Shown here piece after piece: positions 54,660 to 63,690 of a stretch of DNA of 64,000 nt. A program made the position numbers and the translations under genes. The DNA comes from Gemmatimonadales bacterium (GTDB lineage: Bacteria > Gemmatimonadota > Gemmatimonadetes > Gemmatimonadales > GWC2-71-9): contig JBBCJC010000002.1 in the NCBI GenBank assembly GCA_037189525.1, positions 384,001 to 448,000 on the forward strand, given 5' to 3'. How positions within the stretch are numbered: position 1 is the stretch's first letter; the number at the start of each line of letters is the position of its first letter. The notes beneath the pieces were generated by a model, which was given only the letters and a program-made list of their open reading frames with translations, did not search any database and was not told where the DNA came from.

Positions 54660-55163
54660 TTATTCGATCGGGTCAAACACGAGACTGTCCACTCTTGTCT
54701 CGGCGACGACTTTCCCGTTTTCCGCGAACCGTGCAACCACGAATGCCCGTCCAGACGGAGATGCGCACACGCGCGGGTTGGGCTGTCCGAAGGTGCGGAG
54801 TTCGACCGTTGCCGTGTCGGGAGGGATCCGGCGCGGAGAACTCAGAGGCTCTATCCAGCTCAAGGTCAGAGTGAATGCTCCGGTGTGGTCCGTCCGCACC
54901 GTCGACGAACCGTACGGTCCCACGAAACTTGGTCCGGAACACCCGTCGCCGCGAATCGGTTTCTCGACGAGCCGCTGACCATTCTGCCAGGCGACCCCGC
55001 GAACGATCGCGCAACCGATCGGACCGAATTCCCCGGTCGGGATCGGACAAGAGAGCGTGTCCGGGTCCGGATCCGAGTCCGTCGCAGTCGTAGAGCATCC
55101 GAGCGTCATAGCCAGGAGCAACCAAACGACACGCCGGCCGATCTTTCCATCTGTAGCGGGCAT
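54660..55163 (-). CDS. Hypothetical Cys-containing lipoprotein
   Basis: Lipobox TLGC, Asp/Pro linker and a small beta-sandwich-like body. Weaker codon bias. Confidence 0.55.
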   Translation of the reverse strand: MPATDGKIGRRVVWLLLAMTLGCSTTATDSDPDPDTLSCPIPTGEFGPIGCAIVRGVAWQNGQRLVEKPIRGDGCSGPSFVGPYGSSTVRTDHTGAFTLTLSWIEPLSSPRRIPPDTATVELRTFGQPNPRVCASPSGRAFVVARFAENGKVVAETRVDSLVFDPIE

Positions 55164-55417
55164 TTCGTGTCTCCCCCCCGCACCTACCGTACGACCGTCC
55201 GACCACTTGCGCAACACCGCGATCTTCGTGACCACAGCCCACCGATATCGGGCCTTCCAGATGTCTCGATCTTCTGAAGCGGATTGAAAGTCTGTGCGTG
55301 AGCCTATGATGGGGTGGCTTGGCTCGACGTCTCGTCTTGAAACAAAGCCCCAACGCCCGCCGTAAGCCGATTCCGGGAGACCATCTCCCGAAAGCGACCC
55401 ATAAACACCGGCCGTTC

Positions 55418-56353
55418 ATGTCACCACGGTATTCTCCACGCGAGAATCCGCGTCGGGGTGCGCGCCGCCCCGTCCTGGTCCTCGCCGCACTGTTCGCCCT
55501 TGCCGGCTGCCACCCCGGCAACGAAGAGGCGAAAGAGCTCCGCGATGCCTGCGCCCAAGGCACCGCCGCTGCGTGCAACGACTTCGGACAGCGGCTCCTG
55601 ACCGGCCGCTACGTCCTCCGCGACGAGGCCGGCGCCGCCCGCTCATTCGAGCAGGCCTGCGCCGGCGGGGTCGGCGACGGCTGCGCCAGCCTCGGCGTGA
55701 TCTATCAGACCACTCGGATCATGACGCGCGACTCAGCCCGGGCTCAAAGGCTCTTTCGTCAGGCCTGCGACGGGGGCGCGATGGAAGGGTGCACCCGACT
55801 GGGCCTGCTGCATCGCGCCGGCGCTGGTGTGACCCACGATGCGACGCTCGCGGCCGGGCTCTTCCGCCAGGCCTGCGACGGCGGCGACCTGACCGGCTGC
55901 GCCAACCTGGCGGCCCTCGAAGCCGCCGGCGAGGGCGTGCCGCAGGACTACGCAGCTGCCGCGGACCTCTTCCGTCGCGCCTGCGATGCCAAGGAGTCGA
56001 TGGGCTGCGTCGGGCTCGGCCGGCTCCGGGCCGCCGGCAACGGCGTCGAGCGGAACGATTCCCTGGCGGCGGCGCTCTTCAAGTCGGCGTGTGATGAATC
56101 CGATCAGTCCGGTTGCTTCGAACTCGCCGTGCTCAACGAAAACGGACAGGGCCTGCCCCAGAACTACCAGCGCGCCGCCCATCTGTATGAACGGGCCTGC
56201 GACCAACGTTATGCCGCGGCCTGCTACAACCTGGCCGGCCTGCATCAGAAGGGCGCCGGGACCTATCGCTCGCCGCAGCGCGCGATGGCCCTGACCCGCC
56301 GCGCTTGTGACCTGGGCCACGCCGAGGCATGCCCTCGGATCAAAGGATCATGA
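55418..56353 (+). CDS. Sel1-like repeat lipoprotein with eight C-x7-C pairs (Helicobacter Hcp-like)
   Basis: Lipobox LAGC and a 36-aa period ACD.G...GC..LG.l...G.GV..D...A..LF. Confidence 0.9.
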   Translation: MSPRYSPRENPRRGARRPVLVLAALFALAGCHPGNEEAKELRDACAQGTAAACNDFGQRLLTGRYVLRDEAGAARSFEQACAGGVGDGCASLGVIYQTTRIMTRDSARAQRLFRQACDGGAMEGCTRLGLLHRAGAGVTHDATLAAGLFRQACDGGDLTGCANLAALEAAGEGVPQDYAAAADLFRRACDAKESMGCVGLGRLRAAGNGVERNDSLAAALFKSACDESDQSGCFELAVLNENGQGLPQNYQRAAHLYERACDQRYAAACYNLAGLHQKGAGTYRSPQRAMALTRRACDLGHAEACPRIKGS

Positions 56354-57264
56354 TGTCGAACGGTCAGCCCCTTCTCGCGGCCGAGCGACTCGGCAAGCGA
56401 TACGGTAGCGTCGTGGCGCTCGACGACGTGTCGTTTACTATCGGCGACGGGATCACCGGAATCCTCGGTGAGAACGGCGCCGGGAAGAGCACCGCCATCA
56501 AAATCTTCATGGGCCTCCTCGAGCCCACGGCGGGCAAAGCTACCGTGCTTGGTGAGGATGCCTCGAAGAGCCTGAACGTCCGCGGCCGCTTGGGCTACAT
56601 GCCCGAGCACGACTGCCTGCCGAGCCAGGTGAGCGCCGCCGAGTTCCTGACCCACATGGCCGAAGTGAGCGGTCTGCCGCCTTCGACGGCGCGGACCCGT
56701 GCCGCGGACACGCTCCGGCACACTGGCCTGTTCGAGGAACGCTATCGCCCGATCGGCGGGTACTCCACCGGGATGAAGCAGCGCGTCAAGTTGAGTCAGG
56801 CGCTGGTCCACGACCCGGCCTTCGTCTTCCTCGACGAGCCGACGGCCGGACTCGATCCGCTCGGTCGGGAGGAGATGCTCGACCTGGTGCGCAAAACCCA
56901 TCGCGACTTCGGGATCAGCATCCTCTTCTCGTCGCATCTGATGGCCGATGTCGAACGGACCTGTGACCGGATCATCGTCTTCCAGGCCGGCCGGCTGATC
57001 CATTCGGGGGAGGTCGAGCAGTTCACCCGGGAGACGGAAACCGTGTTCATCGAAGTCGATACCAATCGCGATGGCCTGATTGCTGCGCTCGAGCGGCGCG
57101 GCGTGCTGGTGACCGTCGACGGCGCCGGCCTGGCCTTGCAAGGCCCCGACGAAACGGTGTACGACCTGGTCCGGGATGCGTTGGTCGAAGCCGAGGCGCC
57201 GCTCCGGCGGATGGGCCCGCAGCGACGCGCCCTGACCGAGCTGTTCGAGCGAGGTGCCGCATGA
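56350..57264 (+). CDS. ABC transporter ATP-binding protein
   Basis: GENGAGKST, YSTGMKQR, FLDEPT, SSH. ATGA overlap with the Sel1 gene. Confidence 0.95.
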   Translation: MMSNGQPLLAAERLGKRYGSVVALDDVSFTIGDGITGILGENGAGKSTAIKIFMGLLEPTAGKATVLGEDASKSLNVRGRLGYMPEHDCLPSQVSAAEFLTHMAEVSGLPPSTARTRAADTLRHTGLFEERYRPIGGYSTGMKQRVKLSQALVHDPAFVFLDEPTAGLDPLGREEMLDLVRKTHRDFGISILFSSHLMADVERTCDRIIVFQAGRLIHSGEVEQFTRETETVFIEVDTNRDGLIAALERRGVLVTVDGAGLALQGPDETVYDLVRDALVEAEAPLRRMGPQRRALTELFERGAA

Positions 57265-58163
57265 GTCAGCAAGGCACTGTTTTCGATATCGGCTATCAAG
57301 GGTATACCGGCGCGCGCGAAGGCCGCGGCCGTGCGCGGCTGGCGGTGTTCAAGGACGGCCTGCGCGCCGCGCTCGGCTTGGGCCGCGGCGGCCGGGCCAA
57401 GATCCTGCCCTGGTTCTTCATCGGTCTCCTATGCGCCATCGGCAGCATCATGGCGCTGGTGGCCGGCGCGGCGGAACGGCTGGGCGGTCCCGGGGCGGCG
57501 GAGCGCGCCAACCTGCCGTCGCACGTCGACTTCTATGGTGCGGCCTCGATCATCCTCTTCGTTTTCGCGGCGCTGGTTGGTCCGGAACTGCTCTGTCGCG
57601 ACCGGAAGGAAGGGACCATCCACCTCTATCTGGTCCGGCCCCTCACCGGCACCGACTACCTCGCCGCCCGGTGGCTTGCCTTCCTGGTGGTGATACTCGG
57701 TGCGGCCTGGCTACCGCAGCTGATCCTGTTCCTGGGGCTCGCCGCCGGCGATCCGCAGCCGCTCGAGTACCTCCGCAAGCACTGGCTCGATCTGCCCAAG
57801 TTTCTCCTGTCCGGTCTGGTCATGTCGGTCTACGCGACGACGCTTGCGCTGCTGACGGCTTCGTTCACGAAGAGCCGAGCGTATGCGGCGGTGTTTCTGG
57901 TTGGCCTCTTCACCATCACGACGCCATTCACGGCAGGACTCGCGTCGGAGATGGACAACCTGGCTGGTCAATGGATCTCGATGTTCAACCTGACCAACAT
58001 CCCGGTTCACGTGAATGACGTGGTCTTCGGCGAGTTCAGCATGGTGACGGAGGAGGCGCCAGCTCGGCATTTCCCGGCCTGGGGCCGGGTCGGCTGGTTC
58101 CTGATCTGGACCGTCGTGCCTGGCGCGATCCTCTGGGGCCGCTATCGGAGGCTCACACCATGA
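57261..58163 (+). CDS. ABC-2 type permease
   Basis: Six TM segments and DRKEGTIHLYLVRPLTGTDY...R. Confidence 0.9.
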   Translation: MSQQGTVFDIGYQGYTGAREGRGRARLAVFKDGLRAALGLGRGGRAKILPWFFIGLLCAIGSIMALVAGAAERLGGPGAAERANLPSHVDFYGAASIILFVFAALVGPELLCRDRKEGTIHLYLVRPLTGTDYLAARWLAFLVVILGAAWLPQLILFLGLAAGDPQPLEYLRKHWLDLPKFLLSGLVMSVYATTLALLTASFTKSRAYAAVFLVGLFTITTPFTAGLASEMDNLAGQWISMFNLTNIPVHVNDVVFGEFSMVTEEAPARHFPAWGRVGWFLIWTVVPGAILWGRYRRLTP

Positions 58164-59086
58164 ACGATCTTCGTCCCGTCATCCAGGTCGATCGGGTCTC
58201 CCGCTGGTTCGGGAGCGTGGTGGCCGTGAGCGAAATGACGTTCGATGTGATGCCCGGCATCACCGGGCTCCTGGGACCGAACGGCGCCGGCAAGACCACC
58301 TTGCTGCGCATGATGACCGGCCTGGCCGCGACCTCCACCGGCCAGGTGACCGTCTTCGGTGAACCGGTCCGCGACAATCCGCCGCTCTATCGCCGGCTCG
58401 GCGTAATGTCCGAGCACGAGACGGTGTACGGATTCATGAAGGGTCGCGAGTTCGTCACCATGATGGGCCAGTTGCGCGGGGTGGAGCGGCTGGAGGAAGC
58501 GGTCGACCGCGCCATCGAACGGGTCGATCTGATCGAGGCGCAGCACCGTCCCATGGGAACCTATTCGCGCGGCATGCGCCAGCGGATGCGGCTCGCGGCG
58601 ACGCTGGTCCACGATCCGGAAATCCTGATTCTGGACGAACCCCTGAACGGCGCCGACCCCCGGCAGCGGGTGCATTTCCAGCGCCTGCTCCGCGATCTGG
58701 CGCGCGAGGGGCGGACCATCGTGCTCTCGTCGCACATCCTCGAAGAAGTCGAACAGCTGGCCGAGACGGTGCTGCTGGTCGTCAACGGCAAGCTGGCGGC
58801 GTCGGGAGGGTTCCGGGCCATTCGCGCGGCCCTCGATCAGCGGCCCTATCACGTGCGGGTCACCTGCGATGCGCCGCGCCAGCTGGCGGCGCTCGCGGTC
58901 GGGATCGGCTCGGTCGAAGCGGTCAACCTCGATCCCGATGGCGGGCTGGTCATCCTGAGCCGGCGCGTGCTGGATCTCCAGCTCGAGTTGCCGCGCCTGG
59001 CGCAATCGGCCGGGATCCGACTGCGACGAGTCGAGCCGTTGGACGATTCGCTCGAGAGCGTCTTCGGCTATCTGGTGGAGGGCTGA
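58160..59086 (+). CDS. ABC transporter ATP-binding protein
   Basis: GPNGAGKTT, YSRGMRQR, ILDEP, SSH, DDSLESVF. Confidence 0.95.
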   Translation: MNDLRPVIQVDRVSRWFGSVVAVSEMTFDVMPGITGLLGPNGAGKTTLLRMMTGLAATSTGQVTVFGEPVRDNPPLYRRLGVMSEHETVYGFMKGREFVTMMGQLRGVERLEEAVDRAIERVDLIEAQHRPMGTYSRGMRQRMRLAATLVHDPEILILDEPLNGADPRQRVHFQRLLRDLAREGRTIVLSSHILEEVEQLAETVLLVVNGKLAASGGFRAIRAALDQRPYHVRVTCDAPRQLAALAVGIGSVEAVNLDPDGGLVILSRRVLDLQLELPRLAQSAGIRLRRVEPLDDSLESVFGYLVEG

Positions 59087-59089
59087 ATC

Positions 59090-59803
59090 ATGGGCACTGT
59101 ATATCGGCTGACCCTCCGCCAGCTCGCCGGGCGTTGGCGGCTGGTGATCATGACGCTGCTGGCGGTACTTCCCGTTATCACGGCCGTGATGACCCTCCGC
59201 TCGAGTAACGGGCCCTCGATTGCCGAGTTCGAGGCCGCGGCGTTGAGTGCGCTGCTGGCGGGGTCGATCCTGCCGCTGGTCGTGCTGGCCATCGCGGCGG
59301 CGGCCTTTGCCAGCGAGGTCGAGGATCGGACGCTGGCCAACCTCACGCTGTCGCCGCTGCCCAGGTGGCAGATCGCGGTACCCAAGCTGCTGGCGGTGCT
59401 GACGATTGCGTTGCCGTTTGCCGCGGTCAGCGCTTTTGCGACCGGCTACGTGGCCTTCCTGGCCGATCCGCGAGCGACCATCGCGATTACGGTGGCGGCG
59501 GTGGTGGCCGTGGCGCTCTATGGCTCGGCGTTCACCTGGTTGGGGTTGGTGACGACGCAGGCGATCGGCGTCGGGCTCCTCTATGTCGTGCTGTGGGAGG
59601 GATTTTTCTCGGGCTTCGTGTCGGGGGTGCGCCTGCTGAGCATCAGGCACTACGCGCTGGCCTGGATGCACGGGTTGGACCCGCGGCGGTTTGCCGGGCT
59701 CGATCATCTGGGATTGCCGGCGGTCATCATCGTGTCGGTGGTGGTCTTTGGCGGGTTCCTCTGGTTATCGGTGCGGCGCCTCCGGCGGATGGACGTGCCC
59801 TAG
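59090..59803 (+). CDS. ABC-2 type permease
   Basis: Six TM segments and EVEDRTL...PLPRWQI...K. Confidence 0.9.
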   Translation: MGTVYRLTLRQLAGRWRLVIMTLLAVLPVITAVMTLRSSNGPSIAEFEAAALSALLAGSILPLVVLAIAAAAFASEVEDRTLANLTLSPLPRWQIAVPKLLAVLTIALPFAAVSAFATGYVAFLADPRATIAITVAAVVAVALYGSAFTWLGLVTTQAIGVGLLYVVLWEGFFSGFVSGVRLLSIRHYALAWMHGLDPRRFAGLDHLGLPAVIIVSVVVFGGFLWLSVRRLRRMDVP

Positions 59804-59879
59804 AGCGACAGGAAACGGACAGGCCTGCGTATCAAATGTCCAATCGGGGGCTCGATTCGATGCGGGTCAGACCAATCGT

Positions 59880-60110
59880 GTTGGACCAGCGCATCCAATG
59901 AGAGGCCAGCGGCATCCGCTAGGATCCCCAGTTCTCGACCCGTTTGATTCGATCGGTTGAGCCAGCAGGTCGGGTATCCGAACTACTTCGCGCCGGCGAC
60001 ATCCCAACCGGCAAATGCCACGAAGAGGATCCCCTCCTTGAGGAGCCGGAGTTGCTCGACGCCGAGTTGATAGGCACGCGGATCGGGCTTGCAGGGGCGG
60101 ATCGAACCCC
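59880..60110 (-). pseudogene. 3' remnant of a type II haloacid dehalogenase with an internal TAG
   Basis: IRPCKPDPRAYQLGVEQLRLLKEGILFVAFAGWDVAGAK*FGYPTCWLNR...ELGILADAAG..LDALV. Stop at 59983-59985. The 5' part, including the Asp nucleophile, is absent. Confidence 0.8.
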
Positions 60111-60130
60111 GGCAAATCCCGGCGGACCTG

Positions 60131-60802
60131 CTAGCTGGGCCGATCCCGTGTGATGTTCCGGAACGTGGCCGTAACCTCACGGCCACTTCGGTAGGCGCGG
60201 ATCCCATAGGTCGCGTTATTGAGGAGCAGCAGCGCATCAGCTCGGCCGTACTGTTTCATCAGGTCGAGCATCATCGGTTCTTCGCCGTCCCAGGGGAACG
60301 CGAAGACCATATCGAAGTCGTCCAGCGAACGCCCCAATTCTGCATAGGCAGACGGGCCGGTTCCGAGGGTACCGGTGCGGATGTCGCCGTCGCGGGACCG
60401 CCAGCGATAGCCGGTGGGAAGGAAGCTTCCCGCAGCAAAGCGGGCCTTGGAATCGAATTGCCGCGCCAGGTCGTGCGCCGTTGCGTTGAGACTGGAGTCG
60501 ATCTCGATGCCGCAGGCGTCGAAACCGAGCATGTCGGCCATGATGGTGATGACGCCCGTGGCCGAGCCCCATTCGAGGAATCGCAGGCCCTGGCGGCGAA
60601 ACGGCCAGAGCGCTTCAGCGACCGCCTCGTAGTCCGCCGCCACGAAAGGGTGGAACGGCCGTTCCATGATGTTTTCGGCAAAGCGATCCCAGACGGCCCA
60701 TCCCGCGGTGCAAAGCGCCGCCAGCCGGGCCCGCAGGGCCTCGTCATCGGATGCGAGGGGGCCCTGCGTGGAGGATTGCGAATTGGACGGAGTCGCGGCC
60801 AT
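60131..60802 (-). CDS. Class I SAM-dependent methyltransferase-like protein
   Basis: FLEWGSATG (motif I), GIEID, GSF, FDMVFAFPW. Confidence 0.8.
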   Translation of the reverse strand: MAATPSNSQSSTQGPLASDDEALRARLAALCTAGWAVWDRFAENIMERPFHPFVAADYEAVAEALWPFRRQGLRFLEWGSATGVITIMADMLGFDACGIEIDSSLNATAHDLARQFDSKARFAAGSFLPTGYRWRSRDGDIRTGTLGTGPSAYAELGRSLDDFDMVFAFPWDGEEPMMLDLMKQYGRADALLLLNNATYGIRAYRSGREVTATFRNITRDRPS

Positions 60803-60842
60803 CCGGGGAACCTAAACTGACACGCCGCGACTTTCTCGTGCT

Positions 60843-60875
60843 GGCGCGGCGGCGGTCCCCGATTGCCGCCGCGCC
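60843..60875 (-). terminator. Hairpin after the epimerase gene
   Basis: GGCGCGGCGGCGGTC/GATTGCCGCCGCGCC stem with two imperfect pairs. Confidence 0.55.
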
Positions 60876-60890
60876 GAGGACAATCAGACC

Positions 60891-62057
60891 CTAGCTGCGC
60901 GCCTTCCAGGCGGCGAGCAGCTTGGCTTCCGCCTCCATCTGGCTGGCCAGCGAGGCGGGTCCGCCGCCGAGCGCCGGAGGGTGCCGGAGCCCGGATCGCA
61001 TCGCGTTGCGGCGCTCTTCGGGCAGGCTGTCCCACCATGTCAGGGTGTCTCGGGCCGTCTCCTCGAACGGCCGGTAGGTGAGACCCGCCGCCACGGCGCG
61101 CGCATTGCTGACCGTGTGCAGCTGCGCAAACGGCCCCGTCGTCGGATTCCAGATCGGGAACATGGCCTTCTGCTCCGCCAGCCACGCGGCGTCGACCCAG
61201 GTAAAGGTGGCATCGGAGTTGGTCACCGCCTTGAGCCGGTCGAGCACCTCGCCCGTCGGCATCGGCTTGGCCGGGCCGACGGCGTTGAACGTGCCGGTGG
61301 TGCCCTGCTCGATCAGGTGGACAGTGAACGCGGCCAGATCCCGGGCATCGATGAACGACATCGGATCATTCGACGTCCCCGGGGCGAGGACCTCGCCGCC
61401 GCGCGCCACGCGAACCGGCCAGTAGGTCCAGCGATCGGTGCTGTCACCCGGGCCGACGATATAGCCGGGCCGGACGATGATGCTGCCGGTCGGGAACGCC
61501 TCGCGCACCGCCTGCTCAGCCAGCACTTTGAGAGGACCGTAGGTCTCGCCGGTGATCTGTTCGACGGTCGGGTCCTTCATGGTCCCGCCCGGATAGTCTT
61601 CGGTGATGCCGGGCTGGTTGAAATCGGCATAGACCGAAATCGTCGAGATGAACAGGTAGTGGCGGGCGGCGTCTTTGAGGAGATTGGCCGAGTCGCGCAC
61701 GTGGCGGGGGATGTAGCCGGAGGTGTCGATCACGGCGTCCCACTGCCGGCCCTTGAGGGCGTCGAGCTGGCCATCCCGGTCGCCGATCAGGGTCTCGAGA
61801 TCAGGGAACAGGTCGTCATTGCTGCGGCCCCGGTTGAACAGGGTGATGGTGTGGCCTCGTTCCCGCGCACGCCGCACCATGTGCGGTCCGATGAATCCGG
61901 TGCCGCCGAGCACCAGGATGCGGAGAGGCTTCGGCGGGGCCGCCGCGGCGGCCGCCTCCGCGTTCGTCTCTCCTTTGGCGCACCCTTGAAGACCGATGGC
62001 CAGCGCGCCCGCGCCGACGGCTCCGGCTTTGATGAAATCGCGTCGTGTCTGATGCAT
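60891..62057 (-). CDS. Tat-exported NAD-dependent epimerase/dehydratase (extended SDR)
   Basis: Twin-arginine TRRDFIK, ILVLGGTGFIG, FNRG, ISTISVY, YGPLK, RPGYIVGP. Confidence 0.9.
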   Translation of the reverse strand: MHQTRRDFIKAGAVGAGALAIGLQGCAKGETNAEAAAAAAPPKPLRILVLGGTGFIGPHMVRRARERGHTITLFNRGRSNDDLFPDLETLIGDRDGQLDALKGRQWDAVIDTSGYIPRHVRDSANLLKDAARHYLFISTISVYADFNQPGITEDYPGGTMKDPTVEQITGETYGPLKVLAEQAVREAFPTGSIIVRPGYIVGPGDSTDRWTYWPVRVARGGEVLAPGTSNDPMSFIDARDLAAFTVHLIEQGTTGTFNAVGPAKPMPTGEVLDRLKAVTNSDATFTWVDAAWLAEQKAMFPIWNPTTGPFAQLHTVSNARAVAAGLTYRPFEETARDTLTWWDSLPEERRNAMRSGLRHPPALGGGPASLASQMEAEAKLLAAWKARS

Positions 62058-62192
62058 GTCGGGTCCCCGAATTGTCCGATGAAGTGGGATCAGGCGTCGA
62101 TGCGATCATCGCGCATCGTACTCGCACCCAACATCGGGTCGAAGCGCGGAACTGTCAAACAGCACACTCGGGCCTCATGTCGCGGTCGACGC

Positions 62193-63485
62193 TCAGGCTC
62201 GAAGCTGCTCGAGTCTGAGCGCCGCCGCGCGCCGGTGCCCTTCCATACCCTCGGTGGCGCTCTGGCGCGTGGCAGGGGGCGCCACCGCAGCGACACCGCG
62301 TTCGTCCAGCCACTGGTGGGTGCAGACCTTCAGATAGGACCCGACCCAGAGTCCGCCGGTATAACGGCCCGCCGCCATGGTGGGCAGGGTATGATTGGTA
62401 CCGCAGCATTTATCGGAGTAGACCACGCTCGCAAGCGGGCCGATGAAGAGCGAACCGTAGTTGCGGAGTTTACGCGCCGTGGCGTGGGGATCGCGGGTGT
62501 GGACCTGGAGATGTTCCGCGGCAATGAAGTCGGAGTAGGCGATCATGGTGGCCTCGTCGGCGCAAATCGCAATCTCTCCTGCGGTGGCCCACGACGCGCC
62601 GGCCACGTCGGCAGTGGGGAGGGTGGCGAGCTGGCGCACGATCTCGAGGAGAGTTGCTTCCGCCAACGATCGGTCGGTGGTGATCAGACCGACTCGAGTG
62701 CGCGGATCGTGCTCCGCTTGCGCCAGCAGATCGGTCACGATCATGGCCGGATCGCCGGTTTCATCGGCCACCACATAGATCTCGCTCGGTCCCGCGAGTT
62801 GATCGATGCCCACGGTACCGAATACCTGACGCTTCGCTTCGTTGACGTAGGCATTGCCGGGGCCGACGATTTTGTCGACCGCCGGGATTGTCTCCGTTCC
62901 GAATGCCATGGCCGCGATGGCCTGCGCCCCACCCACGCGGAAAATTCGATCGGCGCCGGAAAGATGACAGCCGGCGATCATGGCCTGGTGCGCATTTGGC
63001 GGAAGGCAGGCAATCACCTCGTCGCAGCCGGCCACCTTGGCGGGCACCAGTGTCATCACCGGTCCGGACAGAATCGGATAACGACCGCCCGGGACATATG
63101 CACCCACCCGCTCGATCGGAATGACGCGATGTCCCAAATGAAGTCCCGGGAGCGTCTCGACTTCGAGTGGCAGAATCGTGGCAAGTTGCGCTTCGGCAAA
63201 CGCGCGAACCCGTTCGATGGCGAATTCGGTATCCTTCCGGGTCTCTGTCGCGAGCCTGCGAACCGCCTCGGCGCGTTCGTCGGCCGAGACTTCGATCCGG
63301 TCGATGCTGACGTGGTCGAACGCGCGAGAGTATCGTCGCAGGGCATTGTCGCCGTCGGTGCGAACGGCGGCCAGGATCTCGCGAACCGTCGCTTCGACGG
63401 CTGCATTGTCCGCCGCGGTATCGCGGGTCGGGGCTTTGAGGTGCTCGAGAGAGTCCGCCGGGAACGCACGACGATCAACAGACAT
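62193..63485 (-). CDS. Histidinol dehydrogenase-family protein, HpsN (sulfopropanediol dehydrogenase)-like clade
   Basis: YVPGG, GGAQAIAA, GPGNAYV, AGPSE, QAEHD, EHL, YSDKCCGTNHTLPT, RYTGGLWVG, EGMEGH. GGAGG ribosome-binding site. Confidence 0.88.
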   Translation of the reverse strand: MSVDRRAFPADSLEHLKAPTRDTAADNAAVEATVREILAAVRTDGDNALRRYSRAFDHVSIDRIEVSADERAEAVRRLATETRKDTEFAIERVRAFAEAQLATILPLEVETLPGLHLGHRVIPIERVGAYVPGGRYPILSGPVMTLVPAKVAGCDEVIACLPPNAHQAMIAGCHLSGADRIFRVGGAQAIAAMAFGTETIPAVDKIVGPGNAYVNEAKRQVFGTVGIDQLAGPSEIYVVADETGDPAMIVTDLLAQAEHDPRTRVGLITTDRSLAEATLLEIVRQLATLPTADVAGASWATAGEIAICADEATMIAYSDFIAAEHLQVHTRDPHATARKLRNYGSLFIGPLASVVYSDKCCGTNHTLPTMAAGRYTGGLWVGSYLKVCTHQWLDERGVAAVAPPATRQSATEGMEGHRRAAALRLEQLRA

Positions 63486-63690
63486 CAAACCTCCGAAGTC
63501 GGGGGAAGCGGCTGTCCAGAGATGGTAAAGTAGCCTTCCCGGGGTCCTGGCTCTTCATCTGGACGGGCGCCACGCTGGAACATCGTTGCGATTGCGCGGC
63601 GGCATGTAAGGATCGGGCGATTCGAGGGACTACCTCTGCGACGCCCCCGTCATCTGTCCGGGCAACGACCACCGTTTCAAGGAGCCTTCG

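Noticed and set aside
55284..55310. TTGAAA-N15-TATGAT promoter for the Sel1/ABC operon
   Set aside because: The 15-bp spacer is short for sigma70. Plausible but not supportable.
58003..58018. parS-like core TTCACGTGAA
   Set aside because: The flanks do not match TGTTTCACGTGAAACA, it is a single copy, and it is explained by the coding sequence (PVHVN).
59983..59985. TAG as pyrrolysine or programmed readthrough
   Set aside because: The gene is also 5'-truncated, there are no pyl genes in the window, and TAG is used as a normal stop elsewhere (dnaA, mtgA).
60981..63533. 850-aa plus-strand ORF, and similar long ORFs such as 8489-10729, 16634-18064, 40158-41867 and 58142-59707
   Set aside because: Antisense shadows of well-supported genes. 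High GC3 removes stop codons on the opposite strand, and the translations have no recognisable motifs.
63489..63690. Possible riboswitch or structured RNA upstream of the HpsN-like gene (GTCCAGA...TCTGGAC pairing)
   Set aside because: Only a short stem, with no recognisable riboswitch consensus. An Rfam/Infernal scan would be needed.
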